From NCBI RefSeq assembly GCF_009183365.2, contig NZ_CP068230.1, positions 2,540,487-2,564,486 of the forward strand: DNA of 24,000 nt, written 5' to 3'. The position numbers and the translations under genes are program-made. Below the pieces are notes generated by a model. The model had not been told where the DNA came from and searched no databases. It worked only from the letters and a program-made list of their open reading frames with translations. This document shows positions 14,521 to 21,633 of the stretch, piece after piece (the stretch's first letter is position 1; the number at the start of each line of letters is the position of its first letter). The DNA comes from Shewanella algae (GTDB lineage: Bacteria > Pseudomonadota > Gammaproteobacteria > Enterobacterales > Shewanellaceae).

Positions 14521-14661
14521 TGATGTATTCTCCGGGCGGCAAATTACTTGCCAGTTTGTAATTTACGCCTGCCGGTCGCACAATAAAAGCATTGTTTCGC
14601 GATCGCTGTAATAAAAACACCTAATTTGTTAACGGAATAGCCAGTTACAGCGTGATTTAAC

Positions 14662-14696
14662 TTGACGACCCGCGTCATTTTTGTAATTTTACTACC
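14662..14696 (+). promoter_or_regulatory. Candidate gapA promoter overlapping a degenerate HexR-like half-palindrome
   Basis: TTGACG (14662-14667), a 16-nt spacer, then TAATTT (14684-14689). It overlaps TGTAATtttACTACC (14682-14696), which matches 10 of 12 positions of TGTAAT-N3-ATTACA. Confidence 0.3.
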
Positions 14697-14731
14697 AATT
14701 ACTGTTTTTACATTCACCAGAGGGATATGAG

Positions 14732-15742
14732 ATGACTATCCGCGTAGCAATTAACGGTTATGGCCGTATCGGACGCAATGTTCTGCGTGCTCTATACGAG
14801 AGCGAGAAAGACTATCCAATTCAAATCGTTGCCATCAACGATCTCGGAGACGCTTCCATCAACGCTCACCTGACCAAGTATGACTCTGTTCACGGCCGCT
14901 TCAACGCCAAAGTAGAACACGACGACGAAGCTATTTATGTCAACGGCGACAAGATCCCAACCTTCCAGGAGCGCGATCCATCTAAGCTGCCATGGGCTGA
15001 GCTGCAGGTAGACGTAGTCTTCGAATGTACCGGTATCTTCACTTCCAAAGAAGCGGTACAACCACACCTGGATGCCGGCGCCAAGAAGGTTATCATCTCA
15101 GCTCCCGGCAAGAATGTTGATGCCACTGTGGTATACGGGGTTAACAACCAGGAAATCACCAAAGAGATGACTGTTATCTCCAATGCTTCCTGTACCACTA
15201 ACTGTCTGGCGCCTGTGGCCAAGCCATTGAACGATGCTATCGGCATTGAATCCGGCCTGATGACCACCATTCACGCCTACACCAATGACCAGCGTCTGTC
15301 TGATGTGTATCACAGCGATATGCGTCGTGCCCGCGCGGCGGCTCTGTCGATGATCCCAACCAAAACAGGTGCAGCGGCGGCTGTTGGTTTGGTTGTACCT
15401 GAGCTTCAGGGCAAATTCGACGGCCTGGCGGTTCGGGTTCCGACTGTCAACGTGTCTCTGGTTGACCTGTCCTTTATCGCTTCCCGCGACACCACTGTGG
15501 AAGAAGTTAACGCCATCATAGAAGCGGCAGCCAAGACTTCCCCCATGAACGAAGTGCTGGCGGTAAACAAGGAGCCTCTGGTTTCCATCGACTTCAACCA
15601 CAACGCCTTCTCGTCCAACTTCGACGCCACCCAGACTCGCGTCAAGGGACGTCTGGTGAAAGTCATGGCCTGGTACGACAACGAATGGGGTTTCAGCAAC
15701 CGTATGCTGGACAACGCCGTTGCCTTGATGACAGCCAAGTAA
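14732..15742 (+). CDS. gapA: Type I glyceraldehyde-3-phosphate dehydrogenase (336 aa)
   Basis: It starts [20 protein letters not shown], has the active site [12 protein letters not shown], and carries HAYTNDQ and [19 protein letters not shown] Shine-Dalgarno sequence lies upstream of the ATG. Confidence 0.93.
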   Translation: MTIRVAINGYGRIGRNVLRALYESEKDYPIQIVAINDLGDASINAHLTKYDSVHGRFNAKVEHDDEAIYVNGDKIPTFQERDPSKLPWAELQVDVVFECTGIFTSKEAVQPHLDAGAKKVIISAPGKNVDATVVYGVNNQEITKEMTVISNASCTTNCLAPVAKPLNDAIGIESGLMTTIHAYTNDQRLSDVYHSDMRRARAAALSMIPTKTGAAAAVGLVVPELQGKFDGLAVRVPTVNVSLVDLSFIASRDTTVEEVNAIIEAAAKTSPMNEVLAVNKEPLVSIDFNHNAFSSNFDATQTRVKGRLVKVMAWYDNEWGFSNRMLDNAVALMTAK

Positions 15743-15757
15743 TCCGAGTTCAAAGCC

Positions 15758-15786
15758 AAACGCCTGCCAAATGCAGGCGTTTTTTA
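15758..15786 (+). terminator. Rho-independent terminator of gapA
   Basis: aaACGCCTGCcaaatGCAGGCGTttttt lies 16 nt after the stop codon. Confidence 0.8.
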
Positions 15787-16079
15787 TGCCAGTTACTCTG
15801 TCTTGCCAAGGCCGAGGTCTTTCTCAAGCAACCATAGCCCGTTTTTATCCGTCTCTCAACAGTGCTTTCACTCCATATCTCCTTGCTTCTTCATTGCCTT
15901 TGCAATACTTGATGCAAAGCAGCGGATTTCCATTTTCGACAAGCACCATCAAGCACATTTCACTTCCGGAAAATAAAGCCCCTACTTAGACTCAGGTTAA
16001 AAGCCGTTTCAATTATTGTGTTTGAAAGCCAATTCGGCCATTGCGCCGGTTAGCGCCTTGCCTTTAGCGGAGTCTCATT

Positions 16080-17630
16080 ATGGACAATCAATTTCTCAGT
16101 CTTATTACCGATCCCCTGCTTGACCCCAAGCAAAAGACCCTGGCGCTGGCCGGTGCCGCCGATGCCAGTATTCCCTATCTGCCTCGCAGTGAAGCACTGA
16201 CCCAAGCCATGGATAAAGGCATTATCTGCGATATGTTTGAGGGTCATGCCCCGTTCAAACCCAGATATGTTTTGCCCGATTACCAACGTTTTCTCGAGCA
16301 AGGCTCCGAGTACCTGGAGTTGACACCGGCCGAAGATCTGGATGATGCCCTGATGAAGCTGATGGTGCTGTATCACCATGTACCGTCAGTCACCAATATC
16401 CCGGTGTTTATTGGCTATCTCGATAGTTTATTGTTGCCTTACTGCCAGAACGTCAGTGATGACGCCTTGTATCAGAAACTGAAACGCTTCTGGATCCAGT
16501 TGGATCGCACCCTGCCGGACGCCTTTATGCATGCCAACATAGGCCCAGAGGACAACCGTGTCTGCCGCACTATTTTGCGCATTGATGCCGAGCTCAAGCA
16601 GGTGGCTCCCAATCTAACCTTTATGTATGACCCCAAGCGCACCCCCAAAGCGCTGCTGCGACTGGCAACAGACAATATCATTGCCTGCAGTAAACCTCAC
16701 ATCGGCAACTGGCCGATACATGCCCAAACCTTTGCCAGTGCTCCCGGTGAGGCGCCAAATCAAACGTTCGGCATTGTCAGCTGTTATAACGCGCTCCCCA
16801 CCCGAGGCGGCGCCAATACGCTGGTCAGACTTAACCTAAAAGCCGTCGCCGAAGAAGCCGGTACCCTGGAGGAAATGCTCGAGCGCACCCTGCCCCATTA
16901 CTGCAACCTGATGTATGAACTGATTGAGCTGCGCTGTGAGTTTTTACACCGCCGGTCCCATTTCTTCGACTCATTCCTGGTAAAAGAAGGCCTCATTGAC
17001 GAATCCCGCTTTGCACCCATGTTCGGCGTTTATGCCATGGCCGAAGCCGTCAATCATCTGCAGCAGTTGGCAGGTATGAGGGGCGAATATGGTCACAGTG
17101 AGCAGGCCAATGCGCTCGGTTTAGCCATTACCCGCGCGCTCAGTGATAGAGTGACCACGACCCAAGTCAGTTTCGGCTTTAATGGCCGCGCCTTACTTCA
17201 TGCCCAGGGGGGGCTTTCCATCGACAAAGGCACCACTCCGGGAGTCAGAATAGCCTATGGTCAAGAGCCGGATCCTGTCACTCATGTGTTGGCGCTGGCG
17301 CCTCAACACGCTTTCTATCCTTCCGGGATCAGCGAGATCCTGACTCTGGATGAAACCATCAAGGCCAATCCTGAAGCCCTGCTTGAGCTGTGTATCGGCG
17401 CGCTGAATGCCGGCTTTCGTGAATTTACCGCCAATACCGCCGATACCGATCTGGTGCGCATCACAGGTTATATGGTGAAAAAGTCGCAGATCGCCAGTTA
17501 CCGGCAACAAGGCTCACGTACCAACACCACCTTCCTGGGCACAGAGGCCAGTGAAACCACGGCCGTGACCCAAAGGGCACCGCGGGTAGTGAGCGCCGAG
17601 TTCCATGCCGCCGGCAAGTCCCCGGTGTAA
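16080..17630 (+). CDS. yjjI: YjjI-family putative glycyl-radical enzyme (short GRE, DUF3029-type)
   Basis: It is 516 aa, the same length as E. coli YjjI as I remember it. A glycyl-radical-like fingerprint, DLVRITGYMV, sits near the C-terminus, with Gly463 encoded at nt 17466-17468. The gene is immediately followed by a GRE-activase gene. GGAG lies 9 nt upstream of the ATG. Confidence 0.85.
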   Translation: MDNQFLSLITDPLLDPKQKTLALAGAADASIPYLPRSEALTQAMDKGIICDMFEGHAPFKPRYVLPDYQRFLEQGSEYLELTPAEDLDDALMKLMVLYHHVPSVTNIPVFIGYLDSLLLPYCQNVSDDALYQKLKRFWIQLDRTLPDAFMHANIGPEDNRVCRTILRIDAELKQVAPNLTFMYDPKRTPKALLRLATDNIIACSKPHIGNWPIHAQTFASAPGEAPNQTFGIVSCYNALPTRGGANTLVRLNLKAVAEEAGTLEEMLERTLPHYCNLMYELIELRCEFLHRRSHFFDSFLVKEGLIDESRFAPMFGVYAMAEAVNHLQQLAGMRGEYGHSEQANALGLAITRALSDRVTTTQVSFGFNGRALLHAQGGLSIDKGTTPGVRIAYGQEPDPVTHVLALAPQHAFYPSGISEILTLDETIKANPEALLELCIGALNAGFREFTANTADTDLVRITGYMVKKSQIASYRQQGSRTNTTFLGTEASETTAVTQRAPRVVSAEFHAAGKSPV

Positions 17631-17641
17631 GGGCGTAACTT

Positions 17642-18712
17642 ATGAAGAGTGCAGCTCCCGGAGTGTTTGATAACCCGTTCAATCATTCTGAGCTTAATCG
17701 CTATAAGCTGAGTGGGTGTGAGTCGAATAGCCGTGAGTTAAGTAGCGGCGATACCGATGCTTCGGCATTGGCTATGGGCTCCGAGGTTACCAGTGCCGAA
17801 GTCGCCAGGGTGCTGCCCTTCTCGACCGTAGATGGCCCGGGCAATCGCATGGTATTTTTCCTTCAGGGTTGCAATTTTCGCTGCCCGGGTTGCCATAATC
17901 CGGAAACCATCACTCTGTGTGACGCCTGCCGAGAGTGTATTGCGCACTGCCCGGCAGGCGCCTTGAGCCTTAAATCAACTGCGACTGACACTCAAGCAGT
18001 TCCCAATAGCAAGGCATCTCTCAGGCTTGCCTGGGATAGTACAAGCTGCATCGGCTGCGACACCTGTCTCGATGTTTGCCCTTCGAGCAGCCAGCCCAAG
18101 ACCCAACGCCTGTCAGTCGGAAAAGCGTTGGCGCTGATTAAAAGGCAGCAAGCCTTTATCCGCGGTATCACCTTGAGTGGCGGAGAAGCCAGCTTGCAGC
18201 TGAAGTTCGTCAGTAACCTGTTTAAGGCCATTAAACAAAGCCCAGAGCTCAAACACCTGACTTGCCTTTTGGATACCAATGGCAGCCTGGGAGAAAGTGG
18301 TTGGCAACGTCTGCTCCCTTGGCTTGATGGCGCCATGGTTGACCTGAAAGCCTGGGATGAGCCGGCTCACCGACGACTGACAGGCCGTGGCAACATCAAG
18401 GTCAAGCAGAGCCTGCAACTGCTGGCCGAAGCAGGGAAACTGGCGGAAGTCAGGCTACTGGAAGTACCCGGAAAGAGTGATTATTGGCAACACTTTGACG
18501 CCCTGGCGTCGTTTTTGCTGGACTTGCAACGCCGGCAAGCGCTGAAGGGTGAGCCGATGCGGCTACGCCTAAACGGTTACAATCATCATGGTGTCAAAGG
18601 CGAGGCCTTGCGCTGGCCCAAGGCGAGCCAACAGCAGATTGATGATCTGGCCAAGGCGCTCAGCCGTGCCGGCATAGCCAATATCAGTCTGCCACCGGTT
18701 AACCTTGGCTGA
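17642..18712 (+). CDS. yjjW: YjjW-type glycyl-radical enzyme activating protein (radical SAM with two ferredoxin-like 4Fe-4S motifs)
   Basis: The sequence VDGPGNRMVFFLQGCNFRCPGCHNP carries the CX3CX2C motif at nt 17870-17893. CDACRECIAHCP and CIGCDTCLDVCP follow. The SAM-binding region is ITLSGGEA. An alternative start at ATG 17774 would remove an N-terminal extension of about 44 aa that I recall being absent from E. coli YjjW. Confidence 0.85.
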   Translation: MKSAAPGVFDNPFNHSELNRYKLSGCESNSRELSSGDTDASALAMGSEVTSAEVARVLPFSTVDGPGNRMVFFLQGCNFRCPGCHNPETITLCDACRECIAHCPAGALSLKSTATDTQAVPNSKASLRLAWDSTSCIGCDTCLDVCPSSSQPKTQRLSVGKALALIKRQQAFIRGITLSGGEASLQLKFVSNLFKAIKQSPELKHLTCLLDTNGSLGESGWQRLLPWLDGAMVDLKAWDEPAHRRLTGRGNIKVKQSLQLLAEAGKLAEVRLLEVPGKSDYWQHFDALASFLLDLQRRQALKGEPMRLRLNGYNHHGVKGEALRWPKASQQQIDDLAKALSRAGIANISLPPVNLG

Positions 18713-19634
18713 TGGACTGCTTAAAGCCACTGAGCAGCGTCGCTTTTAGCCATTGCAGCGCCGGATCCCGGCTGCCACTTTGATGATGCACCATGCTATA
18801 GCCCACCTTGCCATAGGCAAAGGGCAATGGCTTAACCACCATACCGCTTGCCTGCGCCGCCATTGAAGCCCACAGCGCCGAGCAGGTAAACAGCAAGTCC
18901 GAGTGACGACAGATACTGGCGGCGGCGCCGAAGTCGGCGACTTCCATCGCCAGATTCCGCCTGCGGCTCAATTGTGCCAATGATTGCTCGAAAAAGGGTT
19001 GCTGCAGATCGGCATCCAAAATACCCACATGGGCGAAGCTCAGATAGGCATCCAGCGTCAGCTCTTTTGCTGCCAGCGGGTGCTCGGCTCGCATCAGGCA
19101 ACACATCTCGTCCTCTGCCAAGCGCTCCCAAATCAGTTCGTTGCGACCAGTTGGCGGCTGTCCCAAGTCGTGTGGCAGAACCAGCAAGTCCACCCGTCCT
19201 TCACACAGGGACTGAAAACCCGTGCTCTCTTTGGCATGCACCGCCAATGTCATTCCCGGTGCCTGCTGCTGCACGCTGGCGATAGCGCTCGCAAGCAGTT
19301 CGAAGCTGCTTTCCCTCAGCGCCAAATTCATCCGTCCTTGAAATCCTTCAGGGCGAAAGCCCTCTTCGGTAAACAGGTTGTCCATCTCTCTGAGCATGGC
19401 GCTGATAACCGGCCCGAGTCGTTTGGCCTTGGCAGTCGGCAACAGCTGGTTACCCTGGCGGTAGAAGAGCTCATCGTCGAGGCAATCCCTGAGCTGGGAG
19501 AGTATTTTGCTGACCGCCGAAGGGCTCAAACACAGACGCGTGGCCGCCTGGGTGACGCTTTGCTCTTCCAGCAGTTGCCTGAGCACCAGAAGATGACGGA
19601 AATTGATGCGGGATAAGCGGACGATATCACTCAT
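18699..19634 (-). CDS. LysR-family transcriptional regulator
   Basis: The N-terminal winged helix-turn-helix reads INFRHLLVLRQLLEEQSVTQAATRLCLSPSAVSKILSQLRDCL. A LysR substrate-binding-type C-terminal domain follows. The protein is 311 aa. Confidence 0.9.
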   Translation of the reverse strand: MSDIVRLSRINFRHLLVLRQLLEEQSVTQAATRLCLSPSAVSKILSQLRDCLDDELFYRQGNQLLPTAKAKRLGPVISAMLREMDNLFTEEGFRPEGFQGRMNLALRESSFELLASAIASVQQQAPGMTLAVHAKESTGFQSLCEGRVDLLVLPHDLGQPPTGRNELIWERLAEDEMCCLMRAEHPLAAKELTLDAYLSFAHVGILDADLQQPFFEQSLAQLSRRRNLAMEVADFGAAASICRHSDLLFTCSALWASMAAQASGMVVKPLPFAYGKVGYSMVHHQSGSRDPALQWLKATLLSGFKQSISQG

Positions 19635-19643
19635 TCTGGCTAT

Positions 19644-19692
19644 GTTTAACCTTGGCTGGATTTAACCTTGACTGAATAAGCCAAGGTTAAAC
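19644..19692. promoter_or_regulatory. Cluster of three GTTTAACCTTGG-type repeats (two direct, one inverted), a candidate operator in the LysR 5' region
   Basis: Copy 1 is gTTTAACCTTGgCTG at 19644-19658. Copy 2 is aTTTAACCTTGaCTG at 19660-19674, a 16-bp period. Nt 19679-19692 (agccaaggttaaac) is a perfect 14-nt inverted copy of 19644-19657. The cluster lies 10-58 nt upstream of the LysR ATG at 19634. Confidence 0.5.
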
Positions 19693-19754
19693 CATAACGG
19701 AATGAAGTTCTGCAATCATGCTCTCATTCGGCCAAGAGCTTGGGGAAAGCGCTA

Positions 19755-21068
19755 TCAGAGAATACGCCGCAGCAGAAAGTCGGCCTTGAGCCTGCGAATG
19801 CGGTTCATGATTTTCTTTACCGGCTTGGGGTAACTCTGCAAGGTATCTATCTGGCTGTAATGATACAAACGCTGGCTGTGCAGCAGCAGATGTTGCTGCT
19901 CTTTGACAAAAGACTCGGCCAGCTCTTGTTGGTCATCATGCAGCAGCAAACCATTTTCCAGATCCAGGGCCCAGGCCCGCGGATTGAGATTGCTGCCGGT
20001 GAGCAGGTGTTTGCGACCATCCATGCTCACCCCTTTGAGGTGATAGCTGTTGTTGTCATGCTTCCACAGATGGATATTGAGTAGCCCCTGATCCACCGCC
20101 CACTGCTGGCGTTTGACAAACTTGCGCAGCGACTGCTCATAGAGATACGGCAAGGCACCTATGGTGGAAAAATCCTGCTCCGGTGGGATATAAAAGTCAT
20201 TGGCCGTCTTGTCACCCACCAGAATATCCAGGCGCTTTCCGTTGCGCAGGTGTTTAACCAGCGCCCGCACCAAAGCATAGGGCGGGTTAAAATAGGGAGT
20301 GCAAATAAAAAGCGATTCCTTGGACTCCTCCACCATGGCGAGTACCGCCTTGTTGAGCGGATTGCGCTTGCGTCCGAGGCCCAAAAGCGGCGTGACCCGC
20401 AATCCCTCTTCAACGCCCTTGAATTGATAGCTTGCCGCCGACAGTCGCTGTTTAAAGCTTCTGACATCAATTTTTTCCGGCAGTACTTCCTCTTCTTCCG
20501 GACAGCTCAGGCAACTGACCGCTTTGTCGCTCAAAATGGCACTGTCAATCATCTCTCGCATGCTGGCAGCCAGCTCGGTCGACTCCAGCACATGGTAGCG
20601 ATCGAAACGGTATCTGTCTTTCTGCTGCAGGTAGATATTATTGAGGCTGGCGCCACTGTATATCACGGCATCATCGACAATAAAGCCCTTGAGGTGCAGT
20701 ACTCCCATAAACTCGCGGGATTTCACCGGCACACCATAAATGTTGAAACGCTGCTGTGCTTGCGCCATCACCTGACGGTACATCAGGTTGTTGCCGCCAT
20801 CGCCCTTGTGGCCAATAAGGCCGCGACGGGCACGGTGAAAATCCACCAACACCTTAATTTCGAGTTCGGGTCTGGCTGCCTTGGCCGCCAGCAGTTCGGC
20901 AAGTATTTCGCGTCCGGCCTCATCGTCTTCCAGATAGAGTGCCGCAATATAGATAGCCTCTTTGGCGCTACGGATCCGCTCAATCAAGGTCTGTTTGAAG
21001 TTACTTGGGGTCAGCAACCAGTGCAATGCATCCGGCGCTATGGCAATTCCACCCAGCTTATCCAGCAA
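19755..21068 (-). CDS. pssA: CDP-diacylglycerol--serine O-phosphatidyltransferase (phosphatidylserine synthase, PLD superfamily)
   Basis: It is colinear with E. coli PssA from memory: IYIAALYLEDDEAGREIL..VLVDFHRARRG, TPYFNPPYALVRAL, VGDKTANDFYIPPE, GALPYLYE. There are two HKD motifs: HLKGFIVDD...SGASLNN and HLKGVSMDG...TGSNLNPRAW. The TTG start at 21068 is supported by AGGAGG 5 nt upstream. Confidence 0.93.
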   Translation of the reverse strand: MLDKLGGIAIAPDALHWLLTPSNFKQTLIERIRSAKEAIYIAALYLEDDEAGREILAELLAAKAARPELEIKVLVDFHRARRGLIGHKGDGGNNLMYRQVMAQAQQRFNIYGVPVKSREFMGVLHLKGFIVDDAVIYSGASLNNIYLQQKDRYRFDRYHVLESTELAASMREMIDSAILSDKAVSCLSCPEEEEVLPEKIDVRSFKQRLSAASYQFKGVEEGLRVTPLLGLGRKRNPLNKAVLAMVEESKESLFICTPYFNPPYALVRALVKHLRNGKRLDILVGDKTANDFYIPPEQDFSTIGALPYLYEQSLRKFVKRQQWAVDQGLLNIHLWKHDNNSYHLKGVSMDGRKHLLTGSNLNPRAWALDLENGLLLHDDQQELAESFVKEQQHLLLHSQRLYHYSQIDTLQSYPKPVKKIMNRIRRLKADFLLRRIL

Positions 21069-21417
21069 GGTATCCTCCTGTCACTGTATGTTCCGGCAAT
21101 CCACTCGCTCCCTGTGTTTCCCGGCAAGAATGTCCTTCCCCTGTATGGCGAGATCGACAAAGATCCGCTGCGGGGCGAATAAGGCAATAGAAATTACCCA
21201 CTTGTCCCGGCCCGGGCAAGCCTTTTCTCGCCAACAGTCGCTATTGGTTCACGATTTCGGCGCTATTTAACCCAAAAAGCGCTCTCTATAATGCGGCTCG
21301 CACTCTTAAGCCGACCCAGATCACGCTTTTGTGATGGCAGCCCTGTTATCAGCGCATTAGCCTTATACACTAATATGCCCTTGAGCCTCTCACTTACTGA
21401 ACTCAAACTGGACGACA

Positions 21418-21582
21418 ATGAACAAACAATTCTGGTTCACTCTTATTGGCACCCTGCTCGCGGCCTGGGCCCTGTTTCACTTCAAAACCTATCTCGGCCC
21501 TTTGGTACTGCCACTGTTTATCGGTCTGGTGTTGATAGTCACATTGAAACTTTATTCGCTGATGGACAAGGACGACAGCTGA
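21418..21582 (+). CDS. Small two-TM membrane protein (54 aa), not in the supplied ORF track
   Basis: The ATG at 21418 gives MNKQFWFTLIGTLLAAWALFHFKTYLGPLVLPLFIGLVLIVTLKLYSLMDKDDS*. It has two clean hydrophobic helices, a basic N-terminus and an acidic C-terminus. The Shine-Dalgarno sequence is weak (ggacga). It ends 52 nt upstream of dacB on the same strand. Confidence 0.45.
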   Translation: MNKQFWFTLIGTLLAAWALFHFKTYLGPLVLPLFIGLVLIVTLKLYSLMDKDDS

Positions 21583-21633
21583 AGTCCTGCAGGTTATACT
21601 CACAAAAGCATTCACGGAACCGGAGGCTTTTCC

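Noticed and set aside
14008-14620. Two 168-aa ORFs antisense to the lipoprotein gene at 13573-14520
   Set aside because: The plus-strand product has a clean lipoprotein signal (LLAGVSGC) and natural composition. The antisense products are Cys/Arg/Pro-rich with no start signals.
15771-15989. 72-aa ORF downstream of gapA
   Set aside because: Its start codon lies inside the gapA terminator hairpin. It has no Shine-Dalgarno sequence and a low-complexity product.
18984-19616. 210-aa and 103-aa ORFs antisense to the LysR gene
   Set aside because: They are shadow ORFs inside a well-supported LysR regulator CDS, and their translations are R/Q/H-rich and not protein-like.
20250-21182. 310-aa ORF on the plus strand, antisense to pssA
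   Set aside because: It lies almost wholly inside the pssA coding region. The pssA identity is very strong (colinear with E. coli PssA, two HKD motifs). The antisense translation is compositionally odd, matches no family I recognise and has no start signal. It is a classic shadow ORF.
21208-21232. Hairpin cttgtcccggcccgggcaag followed by ccttttct, possibly an orphan terminator or small-RNA 3' end
   Set aside because: There is no upstream gene or convincing promoter on either strand for it to terminate. The loop geometry is poor because the central CCCGGCCCGGG palindrome leaves a loop that is too small. It is not supportable without RNA data.
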